Assembly (NCBI GenBank): GCA_964549105.1
Contig: CAZJTZ010000006.1
Coordinates: 29,273-93,272 of the forward strand
Direction: 5' to 3'
Origin: an uncultured Nitrospirales bacterium
GTDB taxonomy: Bacteria; Hydrogenedentota; Hydrogenedentia; Hydrogenedentales; Hydrogenedentaceae
Length of the DNA: 64,000 bases
The notes below the pieces were generated by a model. The model was given only the letters and a program-made list of their open reading frames with translations, had not been told where the DNA came from and did no database searches. The translations under genes were made by a program, and so were the position numbers. Positions 17,733-27,338 of this stretch are shown one piece after another. Position 1 is the first letter of the stretch, and every line of letters starts with the position of its first letter.

Positions 17733-19832
17733 CTATTTCGATATTGATTTGCGATGGACTTGTAGCACACCGTTGATGGAACGAATGGAACGCATAAGTG
17801 AATCAAATGCCCTCGTGTTACCAGAAGAAATAAAATTTTGAGTAAATTCAAATTTTAACAGACCGCTATGGAGTGTTTTGAAGTTTGCAGAGATAACAGG
17901 CACCTTTCTTTCAATCAGCAGCGATGTCAGTTCTTGTATTACAGTGGGAGAAGAACGGGCAATTACCTGCACCGTGATTTGAGTCAGGTTATCCATTTCC
18001 CAGCGTGCTTTGTGAATCCGCGAAGGGTCACGCGGCACACTATTAAAAGTTCGACAATCCCTCCTGTGCACCGTTATTGTCCCTTTTACAGTAGAATAAC
18101 CAATAACTTCATCGCCGGGCAATGGATTGCAACATCGGCTAAATTGAACTGTAATATTTTTCTGCCCATCAATACGGATACTCAGATACCGACCCTTTTC
18201 AAACTCCTCGTTGTCCCCTCTATATTCAATTTTTGTTAATGAGGTTATATCAGGGAAAACATGAGTTTGAGCGGTGCGTTCTTCTTTCTCATCTTTTTTG
18301 GATATTTCTTCTCTGGTTTCCTCCCCTTCTCTAGGAAGGATTCCCTTTTCTCTTAATTGATGTCGAATCTTATTTCGGGCTTTGCCTAAGGTAACTATTT
18401 TTAACCAATCTAAATGAGGTTCCTGCCGGGGTGAAGTCAAAATTTCTACCTGGTCACCTGTGTTCAATCTGGTAGTAATTGGAACATTTTTGCCATTCAC
18501 ACGAGCACCGACACATTGATTCCCCACCTCTGTATGGATAGAATATGCGAAATCCAGCACAGTAGCATTGATAGGTAGTTCAAAAACATCTCCCTTAGGG
18601 GTATATACATAAATCTCTGAAATTTTCAGTTCGTCTTGAATATCCTGAGTAGTAAGGGAGTAACCCTCAGAAGAAGATAATTCCATAACCATCGTTCGCA
18701 GCCATTCAATTCGTCGCTGCATAAGCGAATCATCTAAAACTCCTCCTTCCTTATAAAACCAGTGAGCTGCGATACCAAATTCTGCCTCCTGGTCCATCTC
18801 CTCTGTGCGAATTTGAATTTCTAACGGGTATTTATCAGGAATAAAAACAGTAGTATGTAAAGAACGGTAGCCATTACTTCGTGGCTTACGAATATTATCC
18901 CGAAAGCGTTCAGAAATAATATTTCCTAATCTGTGAGCAATGTCCAATACTCTATAGCATTCCTCTATTGTATTTACAATAATCCGAATGGCATATAAAT
19001 CCATAACCTGTTCCAGCGGAATTTGTTGCCGTTGCATTTTTAAATAAGTGCTATAGAGATGCTTCGGTCTGCCTAAAATTCGTGCTTTAATCCCTATCTG
19101 GTCTAATTCTGATTTTATATGTTCAATGATGTATTTTATCTCCCTTTCCCTCTCCTCCTTTTTCCTCGCAATGCGCGTTGCCAAACACTTATATTCGACA
19201 GGTAAAAGCACCTTGAAAGCGAGGTCTTCCAATTCCATTTTCCAGCGATAAATCCCTAAACGATGTGCAATGGGTGCGTAAATATTCAGCGTTTCACGAG
19301 CTATGCGTTCTTGACTTTCTTTCGGGAGATAATGAAGAGTTCGCATATTATGAAGGCGGTCTGCCAATTTTACCAGAAGAACACGAACATCTTTAACACC
19401 CATAAGAAAAAGCTTACGGAGCGTTTCCAACTTGCGACGGTCTTCATTTTCCTTGACGGTCGCCTTCATTTGTTGACGAGAAACTTTTGTTACACCTTCA
19501 ACAATCTGTAATACGGCTTTCCCTACCCGCTCTTCAAGGAATTCTCGTGAAACTTGCTTATCCTCAATAACATCATGCAACAGTCCTCCCATAATAGTTA
19601 AAGCGTCTAATTTTAGTTCCCCCAAAAGACGAGCCACTTCGATAGGATGATGAATATAGGGTTCGCCCGAAGCACGTGTCTGCCCTTCATGCGCCCAAAC
19701 GGCTAACTCAAAGATTTTTTGAACCCGGACAATTTCGTCCTCACCCATTCCGTTTGTTCGCAACAATTCTACAAGCGATAAAAATGATTTCTCTATCTCT
19801 ACGGGTAGGATTAATTGTCTCTCCTCTAACAT
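17733..19832 (-). CDS. rel: Bifunctional (p)ppGpp synthetase/hydrolase, RelA/SpoT family (HD - RelA_SpoT - TGS - ACT)
   Basis: HD motif HHPIEVARLL...HDVIED. Synthetase region matches (RxKxxxSxxxK-like YRSLHTTV, and the TGS and ACT regions are present). Length 699 aa. Confidence 0.9.
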   Translation of the reverse strand: MLEERQLILPVEIEKSFLSLVELLRTNGMGEDEIVRVQKIFELAVWAHEGQTRASGEPYIHHPIEVARLLGELKLDALTIMGGLLHDVIEDKQVSREFLEERVGKAVLQIVEGVTKVSRQQMKATVKENEDRRKLETLRKLFLMGVKDVRVLLVKLADRLHNMRTLHYLPKESQERIARETLNIYAPIAHRLGIYRWKMELEDLAFKVLLPVEYKCLATRIARKKEEREREIKYIIEHIKSELDQIGIKARILGRPKHLYSTYLKMQRQQIPLEQVMDLYAIRIIVNTIEECYRVLDIAHRLGNIISERFRDNIRKPRSNGYRSLHTTVFIPDKYPLEIQIRTEEMDQEAEFGIAAHWFYKEGGVLDDSLMQRRIEWLRTMVMELSSSEGYSLTTQDIQDELKISEIYVYTPKGDVFELPINATVLDFAYSIHTEVGNQCVGARVNGKNVPITTRLNTGDQVEILTSPRQEPHLDWLKIVTLGKARNKIRHQLREKGILPREGEETREEISKKDEKEERTAQTHVFPDITSLTKIEYRGDNEEFEKGRYLSIRIDGQKNITVQFSRCCNPLPGDEVIGYSTVKGTITVHRRDCRTFNSVPRDPSRIHKARWEMDNLTQITVQVIARSSPTVIQELTSLLIERKVPVISANFKTLHSGLLKFEFTQNFISSGNTRAFDSLMRSIRSINGVLQVHRKSISK

Positions 19833-19977
19833 AGAAACCCTTTATTTTTTATTATATCAAAAATAAACCCTTCCTCGCTATATTTGAGAGGATAATTGAA
19901 AAAGATAAAAATTATAGACTTGACACCACTCCTATCCGTATAAGGACTTTTCTCAAATCTTTTAGCAGACAGGAATA

Positions 19978-20919
19978 TTATTGAACAACGAAGATATAAG
20001 GTCCCCAACTATTTGCTTCATCTGGTTTGGGTAATTTGTTTGTAGCATGTCGTTTCTCATTAGGATTTATCTGAACATCATATTCCAGAGCCGCTTCACC
20101 TTTTCGTCTTGCTTCAAAATGGAAGTCCAATTGCCCATTATCGTTCAAATCGCGGGTGGCTAAGAAAAAGGTTCGTAATGCAAGAATATGATATACATAT
20201 TTGGGTGGTTCTGTTCCTAAAGGTTCTGGCACCACCCCTGCGGTCGAACCGCCAGGACCTACGCTAATAAGAACAAAAGCATCATAAATCGAGGCGGGAA
20301 AAGTAATATCGCTTATAGAGGGATGCGTGGGGTCCCATGCTTCGGCATAAAAGAAACCATTCTCAATCCAGTATTTACGGGCTTTCTGGAATTGCCGTTT
20401 ATTTACAGGTGCATATACAAAGGGGCGTTGCTCCATCTGTGACAATCGGCTCAACTCTTCTTGCAAGTTATTTCCACGATACAATTCTATAGGGAAAGTA
20501 TATATATTGGTTGCTTGATTTTTCACACCCATCGGCAAAAATTCCATGAGACCAATTTGCCCATCACGGTTCGTATCAAATCCCTCTGAAAAATCATCCA
20601 TATATTTACGGTCTCCATGAAGTTTCAAAAGGACTGTGTAAGGTTTCAGCATAAACATCTCTTCATCCGATATTTGACCCAACTGATAATCTTTGGCTCC
20701 CCATTTTACAAAGCCATAACCTATAGGATAAGTATTGTAGTCTGTAAAATAAGAAGTCATCGCAGTCCGAAACTGAAGAAATGTATTGTCCATACGACGC
20801 AATTTTGCCCGTTCCCGAACACGTGGAAGAACCGCAAAAGTAAATCCAGCAAGTATTGCTATAATAGCAATTACTGTCAACAATTCTATCAATGTAAACC
20901 CAAATATTTTCTTTCTCAT
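19978..20919 (-). CDS. Prepilin-type N-terminal cleavage/methylation domain protein (type II secretion/type IV pilus pseudopilin-like)
   Basis: N-terminus MRKKIFGFTLIELLTVIAIIAILAG is a class III signal peptide with G-F-T-L-I-E. Confidence 0.75.
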   Translation of the reverse strand: MRKKIFGFTLIELLTVIAIIAILAGFTFAVLPRVRERAKLRRMDNTFLQFRTAMTSYFTDYNTYPIGYGFVKWGAKDYQLGQISDEEMFMLKPYTVLLKLHGDRKYMDDFSEGFDTNRDGQIGLMEFLPMGVKNQATNIYTFPIELYRGNNLQEELSRLSQMEQRPFVYAPVNKRQFQKARKYWIENGFFYAEAWDPTHPSISDITFPASIYDAFVLISVGPGGSTAGVVPEPLGTEPPKYVYHILALRTFFLATRDLNDNGQLDFHFEARRKGEAALEYDVQINPNEKRHATNKLPKPDEANSWGPYIFVVQ

Positions 20920-21127
20920 AAGAAACTATCCTTCTTCTTTTGTGTCTGCTACGGCTTGCTCTTTTTCTATCTATATATAATACATAATATCATAAATTGG
21001 AAATGTTTAGACAACTTTTATTATTCCCTATAAGTTAACAAATATTATTTTTTTATTATTTATATAAATGTTATAATAACTCTACTAACAATAACACTCA
21101 TAAAATTAACCCTAAGATAAGGAGAAA

Positions 21128-21406
21128 ATGATGGGAGCCAAACATTCCTTAGAGCAAATATTTGACCAGGCTGCCAAATTTGTCATCAAACAAAAAGGCG
21201 AATGGGAACATAACGACTGGGAAAATTTCCTTGGTAAAATCTCCGAATATCAATTTGAATTACATGATGAGTTAATAGTAAAGTTAGGTTCTCTCCTGGA
21301 ATTAGGCAAATATTTTTACTCCAATCTTCCAGAAACCACAGAGAAAAAACAAAAAAAAACAAAAAAAAACAGCACAAAAAAAACTGAAGAAGAACCAGTA
21401 GAATAA
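21128..21406 (+). CDS. Small hypothetical protein with Lys-rich C-terminus encoded by homopolymeric A tracts
   Basis: ORF with GGAGAAAATG RBS-like context. The C-terminal KKQKKTKKNSTKK is encoded by A9-C-A9-C...A8 runs. Confidence 0.3.
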   Translation: MMGAKHSLEQIFDQAAKFVIKQKGEWEHNDWENFLGKISEYQFELHDELIVKLGSLLELGKYFYSNLPETTEKKQKKTKKNSTKKTEEEPVE

Positions 21407-21784
21407 AATGTTATCCTCTAAAATAAGAATATTTAAAAGGTAAATATTCTGGTGTTGAAAATTTTCTACTAAATAAAAGAGGAAAGGGGTAGGGGTTATT
21501 TAAAGTTTTGTCTTTAAAATTCATGCAAAAAGTTCATATCTGCAATTTGTTAACATATAATTATATCTGACCTCTTTTGTCGCTTTTTGACTCAACAAAA
21601 TCGGCTTAAATGAACTTTTTAGACAGCCCTATTAAAAGCAGAAATTCCTTCGATACTTTTACTATAGAAAAAATATTTTATCATCTATCACAATGACTAA
21701 AGACCCTTCCTAAAACTTTTAGCAGATACTCGTGTAGATATATAATAAAATATAAAAGTAAATTTTTATTCTACAAGGAAACTT

Positions 21785-23821
21785 ATGTCGCAGGTAAGGT
21801 GTTCAAAATGTAGTTATATCAATCCGTCAGGGATAAGCCATTGTCAGAAGTGTGGAACACCTTTACCTGAAATAAAAATCCAGCAGATGGCGGCAGAAAC
21901 CAAAAAGGCAGAACATCCCTATCAAAGACAAAAGACACCCAATTTCCAGCAAGGGACATTGCATCAAGGGGAAATCTTTGGAGGCCGTTATACGGTCATT
22001 AAATTAATTGGTAAAGGGGGAATGGGCAGTATCTATAAGGTGTTTGACAATACCCTCAAAGAGGAAGTGGCATTAAAATTATTATTACCCCAATTTGCAA
22101 AAGACCCAATGATTGTTGACCGTTTTTTGAACGAGGCTCGAATTGCACGCAAATTATCCCATCCGAATATTGTCCGCGTTCATGATATTGGAATTGCAGG
22201 AAATATCTTATATATCTCTATGGAATTTGTTGAAGGCAAATCATTGCGTGGAATTTTAGAAGGCTTATCCCCGGGACAGCGTCTTCCATTAAAACAGGTG
22301 TTAACTTATTTTGACCAATTGTGTTCAGCATTAGAGTATGCGCATCAGTTCACCGTTCACCGTGACATCAAACCGGAAAATGTAATGGTAACACCACAAA
22401 TTATAGTAAAGTTAATGGATTTTGGCATCTCAAAACTTGTGGCAGATACTCGTCTCACAGGTGTTTCCGTTGTAATGGGTACACCCTTTTACATGTCACC
22501 AGAACAGGTACGCAATAGCAGAGATGTTGATGCTCGTTCCGATATTTACAGTTGTGGGATTATGCTCTATGAAATTCTGACAGGGCAAGTTCCCACAGGT
22601 ATTCCCAAGCCTGCCTCAGAGTTGGTAAAAGAACTTCCTCCGGAATTGGACAAAATCGTAGAAAAGTGTATTCAACCTGACCCAAAAGACCGATTCCAGA
22701 GTGCCACAGAATTAAAAAATACATTAGAACCACTAAAAAATCTTGTCCTTAATGGTGATGTAATCTCTATTTCAAGGCCAACAAAGAAAATAAAAAAATG
22801 GAAAAGTATACTTACACCTCGTTTTATTGGTTGGTCTTTGGTGTTCATTGTTTTTTTGTCTCTATTAGCAGGTCTATTTTTTGCCGAACAATATAGAGAA
22901 AGGTTACTTGCCCAGGAAATGAATAACGAGGCGAATCAAATTGAAATTAATGAAAATGGGGTGACATCGGTAGATACCTATATTAAAATACTATTCCAGG
23001 TCGCAGAGAAGGCAAAAGAGAAATATACAACTGTTCCCGATGCTCAACAGTATTTTGCCCAAACAGAATCGCTTCTAAATCAGATTAAGAATAAAATGAA
23101 AACAGGCGAAACTGTGCCTATAGACTTATTATTCTCGTGTGCGAGATACCTTTCTGCCGTGTTTTGCGAACACCAAGATATGGTGTTTATTCCTGACGGT
23201 ACTCTAATGTGGAATAACCAACAATATTTTGTCCCTTCTTTTTTTATAGACACAAACGAAGTAACACAGGGTAATTTTAAGAATTTTTGTATTTCGGGTT
23301 CTATTTCATGGGAACTTCCACCCTTACCTAATCCGGAAACAGACTCCTCTTCTAACGATTCCCTACCTATTACTATGGTCAATTACTACGATGCTCTCGC
23401 CTTTGCGAGTTATTACAAAAAAAGTCTACCTTCAGTTCTTCAATGGTTAAGGGCAGCCCAGGGAGACAAAAAAGTGACTTATCCATGGGGAGATATATGG
23501 AAAGAAAATTCTGCAAATGTTGGTGGTATAAAAAATACTCCTCAGCCTGTGAAATCATATCCCGACGACCGAACTGCAACGGGTTGCTTTGATATGTTAG
23601 GCAATGTATCCGAATGGACAAGGACACCTGCCGACTCAAATTGCACAGAAGAGGACATCTCTTGTCCCAGAATCATTATGGGTGGTGATTTTGCTTCTGC
23701 CCCTTCTTCTCTCAACATAGAAAAGAGTGCTGAGCCAGATACACGCTCTCCTCTTTTAGGTTTTCGCTGTATAAAAGAAATACCTATTTCTGTAGAGCAA
23801 CTCTTAAATTATTTAAAATAA
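21785..23821 (+). CDS. Hanks-type Ser/Thr protein kinase with N-terminal zinc ribbon, one TM helix and C-terminal formylglycine-generating-enzyme (FGE/SUMF1-like) domain
   Basis: Zn ribbon CSKCSY...CQKCG. Kinase subdomains GxGxxG (GKGGMGSIYK), VALK, HRDIKPENVMV, DFGISK and SPEQ. The TM segment is FIGWSLVFIVFLSLLAGLFFA. The C-terminal FGE-like motifs are MVNYYDALAFASYYKK, YPWGD and RSPLLGFRCIKE. Confidence 0.85.
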   Translation: MSQVRCSKCSYINPSGISHCQKCGTPLPEIKIQQMAAETKKAEHPYQRQKTPNFQQGTLHQGEIFGGRYTVIKLIGKGGMGSIYKVFDNTLKEEVALKLLLPQFAKDPMIVDRFLNEARIARKLSHPNIVRVHDIGIAGNILYISMEFVEGKSLRGILEGLSPGQRLPLKQVLTYFDQLCSALEYAHQFTVHRDIKPENVMVTPQIIVKLMDFGISKLVADTRLTGVSVVMGTPFYMSPEQVRNSRDVDARSDIYSCGIMLYEILTGQVPTGIPKPASELVKELPPELDKIVEKCIQPDPKDRFQSATELKNTLEPLKNLVLNGDVISISRPTKKIKKWKSILTPRFIGWSLVFIVFLSLLAGLFFAEQYRERLLAQEMNNEANQIEINENGVTSVDTYIKILFQVAEKAKEKYTTVPDAQQYFAQTESLLNQIKNKMKTGETVPIDLLFSCARYLSAVFCEHQDMVFIPDGTLMWNNQQYFVPSFFIDTNEVTQGNFKNFCISGSISWELPPLPNPETDSSSNDSLPITMVNYYDALAFASYYKKSLPSVLQWLRAAQGDKKVTYPWGDIWKENSANVGGIKNTPQPVKSYPDDRTATGCFDMLGNVSEWTRTPADSNCTEEDISCPRIIMGGDFASAPSSLNIEKSAEPDTRSPLLGFRCIKEIPISVEQLLNYLK

Positions 23822-23848
23822 AGGTTCTTCTCCAATTTAGTTGATGTA
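23813..23848 (+). mobile_element. ISL3-type terminal inverted-repeat-like element (core ggttcttctccaatttagttgatgta), copy 1, immediately upstream of a truncated ISL3 transposase gene
   Basis: The 26-bp core begins GGTTCTTC, close to the GGCTCTTC consensus start of ISL3-family IRs. It lies 25 bp upstream of the transposase-fragment ATG. The same 26 bp recur at 33452..33477, 36 bp with one mismatch when the flanking ttaaaataaN is included. Confidence 0.45.
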
Positions 23849-23872
23849 GAATATAGATAAGAGTGGCATTGC

Positions 23873-24454
23873 TTGCACTTATGGGGTAAAGTATATGGAC
23901 AAGAAACAAAGAACCCCAAAAGGAGGCAAGCGATATCTAAAATACATCTTAATCTATTTAGAAATTATAATCAAGTTAAAGTTAAAAAGCAATGGTATGA
24001 GGGTGAGGATTTGCATATTAGAATTTACATGGATAAGCGGTTTATACCTGAATGTCACAAGTGTCATGTTAAGGTGAGAGAGGTTCACTCGTATCAGGAG
24101 CGAGAGATAAGGGATATAGATATTATAAAGAGTAGGACACATCTTGTGGTTAGAGTGAGGACATTGAAGTGTCCGAGTTGTGGTGATGTAGTGGAGGAAT
24201 TGGGATTTGTAGAGTCGGGTGAGCGTATAACTAAACGGTTAAAGGAGTATATTTATTTTTTATGTATGCATATTTCTTTGAGTGAGGTAGCAGAGCATTT
24301 GGATTTAGATTGGAAGGAAAAAGGATTTTATTATTGTTGGGAGATACAATTTATCAAATGGGATAGGGAGCAGAGAATAGACGGAGATTGGATAGAGAGG
24401 AAGGCACAAATATTTATAGATTCATGGAACTATGAAGTAATTGGGGGAGGTTAA
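23873..24454 (+). pseudogene. ISL3-family transposase N-terminal fragment (zf-ISL3 and HTH_Tnp_ISL3 region only; DDE catalytic domain missing)
   Basis: CHKCHVKVREVHSYQEREIRDIDIIKSRTHLVVRVRTLKCPSCG...RITKRLKEYI...LSEVAEHLDLDWK matches the ISL3 transposase N-terminal zinc-finger and HTH layout. The ORF ends at about 193 aa, where the DDE domain would begin; full-length ISL3 transposases are about 400-440 aa. Confidence 0.55.
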
Positions 24455-24773
24455 TTTGACAGAAATGAACTATTATTGTAGAAATCATCCATATAAATTT
24501 GTTCTTATTTTAGGATGTGGAGCAGGAAATAATTTAGAAGCATGGAGTAATAGTTTTGGTACAAGTTGTATAATAGGATTTGAAAACTTATTATATGAAG
24601 ATGTAGCAAATGCATGGGATTGGCGTTTTTGGATGTATGTGTTTTATCCAAATTACACTATTCTTCAGGCAGCGAATAGGGCATTTTATGAAACATACGA
24701 ATCTTTTGATTATTTTGAAGGTAATCCAGAAAAAGCATTTATGATGGGAATATTGGGAAATGGAGTTTTATAA
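24441..24773 (+). CDS. Hypothetical protein (no recognisable domain)
   Basis: ORF only; it overlaps the end of the transposase fragment by 14 nt. No motif recognised. Confidence 0.3.
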   Translation: MGEVNLTEMNYYCRNHPYKFVLILGCGAGNNLEAWSNSFGTSCIIGFENLLYEDVANAWDWRFWMYVFYPNYTILQAANRAFYETYESFDYFEGNPEKAFMMGILGNGVL

Positions 24774-24782
24774 AATATATTT

Positions 24783-25568
24783 TTGCATTCAGGAATGGGT
24801 GAGATGAAATATTTATGGGCTCTTATCCTTGTTCTTTTAGTATCAGTAGCATTCTTTTTCTTGATGTTTCAACGGTCTATTTATGATAAGTGGTCTTTAG
24901 AGACGGTACCAGAAGAAGTATTCAAGGAGGATGAGAGATTTTTAAATGAGGTATTAGGTATTGGGCTTACAGAGGTAACACCTGTTCGAAGACTAACTTT
25001 TTATTTTATGAGTCAAGTCTCAAAAGAAGTAAGTGCTATTCCCCATTTTTTACAGGGGAAAATAGCCAGAGATATATTTTTTGTAGAGTATGAAGTAAAC
25101 GATGCAGGTAAGGTTTATCTTGGCACTTCTCTAGAAATTCCCAGAGTAATCTTTTTTGCCCATTCTTTTACGGATGTTTACACAGCAGAAATAGAAAAGT
25201 GGTTAAATAAGGGAAAAAGGAATCGTGCAATATTCAACACTTTATTGAATTATTTGGAACTACCTGAAGACCTGTCCTACTTTGAATGCAATGGATATGA
25301 AATAGACAAAGAAAAGGGATGGAGGTCAATGACATGTATAGGTGTAAAAATACGGGATGAAAAAATAAATCGGTTTGTTTATCCAGAACTTGATATTAAA
25401 GGACAAAATGAGAAAGAAGGATTATGGGGAAATTTTAAGGTATGTTTTTTAGGTAGTAGTGAGGAATTATTATTACATGATTTCTATCTGGACATATCAA
25501 CTTCTATTATAGACCAATTGCTGTATTACACCGAACTTCAAGGCAAAGAACATGATACGCAGGAATAG
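24783..25568 (+). CDS. Hypothetical membrane-anchored protein (single N-terminal TM)
   Basis: N-terminal hydrophobic segment KYLWALILVLLVSVAFFFLMF. No recognisable domain. The likely start is the Met at 24804. Confidence 0.4.
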   Translation: MHSGMGEMKYLWALILVLLVSVAFFFLMFQRSIYDKWSLETVPEEVFKEDERFLNEVLGIGLTEVTPVRRLTFYFMSQVSKEVSAIPHFLQGKIARDIFFVEYEVNDAGKVYLGTSLEIPRVIFFAHSFTDVYTAEIEKWLNKGKRNRAIFNTLLNYLELPEDLSYFECNGYEIDKEKGWRSMTCIGVKIRDEKINRFVYPELDIKGQNEKEGLWGNFKVCFLGSSEELLLHDFYLDISTSIIDQLLYYTELQGKEHDTQE

Positions 25569-26373
25569 AACAATCATTGTCATACTGGCTATTTTTCTTG
25601 TATTAATATTTATCTTCCTTACATATAATTGTATAAGAGATAAAGGTAAAGGCTTCATTTGTTCTTTATTCTATTTTACTCATGCTATATTCCCTTCAAA
25701 GTTTGACATCTTCTTTTATAAAAATAGTGCAGATTTTGGGTGTATTAAAAATGACCCTTATTTCCCTTTGTATGAAGAACAAAAAGTAGAGAGTGCCCAG
25801 GGATTCCATTCTACACTAAATCCTGAGGAATATGAAAAGATTTTAAGTTTAGCCTTATCTTTATGTGGGGATAAAGAGCCAGACTCTTTAAAGGTAAAGG
25901 AGGAAATTCAAAAAAATGAGAAACTTATTTTATATTATTTTTATCCTGATATATCTGCAAAAACAACATTAGTTTCTAATTCCGAAGCACATATTATTAT
26001 CTACTACGATACCGAGCAAAAGTTAATTATTGCAATTAAAAGTTATTTATATAGAAGCCATAAATATCAAATGCAAACACACGAAGAAAAGCAGATTGAA
26101 AAGGTTCTGGAAAGTTTGAGTATTGAGAAATATAGAGAACTAATAAGTCCCGTGTTAAATTACTATAATCTGGAAATTGACAAAATAAACGAGTTGATAC
26201 AAAGCAAAGAAATCATTCTTCGTCGTTATTTTAGTGCAGGTTATGCCTTCATAAGTCTGGATAAATTGAGAGTGCATGGCTATCCCTTTAAAAAAATCCT
26301 GTTTGTAATCAATGTAGATAGAAATATGATTAGTTATATAGAAATTGCAACAGAGAAACCCAAAGCCTTCTAA
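25552..26373 (+). CDS. Hypothetical membrane-anchored protein (single N-terminal TM)
   Basis: N-terminal TM RTIIVILAIFLVLIFIFLTY. It overlaps the upstream ORF by 17 nt, which suggests translational coupling. No recognisable domain. Confidence 0.4.
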   Translation: MIRRNRTIIVILAIFLVLIFIFLTYNCIRDKGKGFICSLFYFTHAIFPSKFDIFFYKNSADFGCIKNDPYFPLYEEQKVESAQGFHSTLNPEEYEKILSLALSLCGDKEPDSLKVKEEIQKNEKLILYYFYPDISAKTTLVSNSEAHIIIYYDTEQKLIIAIKSYLYRSHKYQMQTHEEKQIEKVLESLSIEKYRELISPVLNYYNLEIDKINELIQSKEIILRRYFSAGYAFISLDKLRVHGYPFKKILFVINVDRNMISYIEIATEKPKAF

Positions 26374-27338
26374 TAACTTGAAAAGGGAGGGGAAGGGAGG
26401 GGAAGGTCTATCTTGAACACTTCCTTATGAAAATAGAAAGTGCGTATGGAAAAAGTCAATTTTGTAATCTCGGGGAAGGTCTGTTTAATGCAGGTAGTAT
26501 CAATACCAAAACTTTTTTCGGAACCGGGTAGAAGTTCTATATATGTAGAAGACATTGGGGAACGGATTTCATCATTCATAAAAAGGCAATTTACCGGAAT
26601 TTCAATTGCCTTCTTATTTGATGATGAAGGCTCTACGATTAAACACTCGATTGAATAGATATAAGGGGCAAATTCCCATTGGTTTGTGTGGTTCAAGTAT
26701 AGTTTTGCTTTTAACATTCCACGATTGGAAAATTTAATAAGGGGTATGCCTTCCGACTCTGTGCTAATAGTCTCAAATTGAGGGCTCTGGTTCTTCGTGT
26801 TCCATGTCCAGGTGAAATACACCGATACTATAAGTATGACAGAGCATAAAGCAATTTGACCAGCATTACTTAAAAATACAGCATGTAAGACCGTTTTAAC
26901 CACTTTGTATATATATTGGTGGAGAGGTAAGACTGTCTGGAAACGGGGCTCGGATTTTATAGACGGATTTGATTGAGAATTTTCATTATCAAGATTCTGA
27001 CTTGAACCTTCCGCAGGATATTGCTCTATCAACTGTTTATAGAACTGTATTTGCTTTCGTATCTCTTCCCCATGTTCATAAATCTGGCGATTAATCTGAT
27101 TCGCTTCAGCGGAAGTGTATTCTCCATTTTTGACTTTTTGTATCAAAAGTTCCTGTTGCTTTTCCAAAAACACAATTTGTTTTGTCAGACTTTCTATTCG
27201 CTGGTAGCATTTTTTCTGAAATTCTTTTTTCTGGTTTTCCCAAAATTGTAGTTTTTGAGGGTCACCTTCCTGCCATGCCTGTTCAGCATTTTTACAAATC
27301 CATGCGATTGTTTCAGGAGTAGGTTCAATGTTGTTCAT
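26370..27338 (-). CDS. Hypothetical bitopic membrane protein with N-terminal cytoplasmic coiled-coil and C-terminal extracytoplasmic domain
   Basis: Heptad-rich Gln/Glu/Lys N-terminus and central TM (IALCSVILIVSVYF). The start overlaps the pyrG stop by 14 nt, implying co-transcription with kdsB-pyrG. The C-terminal PLPSPPF is encoded by the GA-rich repeat at 26383-26400. Confidence 0.45.
   Translation of the reverse strand: MNNIEPTPETIAWICKNAEQAWQEGDPQKLQFWENQKKEFQKKCYQRIESLTKQIVFLEKQQELLIQKVKNGEYTSAEANQINRQIYEHGEEIRKQIQFYKQLIEQYPAEGSSQNLDNENSQSNPSIKSEPRFQTVLPLHQYIYKVVKTVLHAVFLSNAGQIALCSVILIVSVYFTWTWNTKNQSPQFETISTESEGIPLIKFSNRGMLKAKLYLNHTNQWEFAPYIYSIECLIVEPSSSNKKAIEIPVNCLFMNDEIRSPMSSTYIELLPGSEKSFGIDTTCIKQTFPEITKLTFSIRTFYFHKEVFKIDLPLPSPPFSSY

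Noticed and set aside
19953-19972. 14-bp motif cttttagcaga shared with 21712-21727 upstream of the kinase gene
   Set aside because: Short and AT-rich, with inconsistent positions and orientations relative to neighbouring genes. Probably chance.
26383-26400. GA-rich tandem repeat gggaggggaagggaggggaa
   Set aside because: It lies within the coding 3' end of the minus-strand gene, encoding PLPSPPF. No evidence of a separate element.
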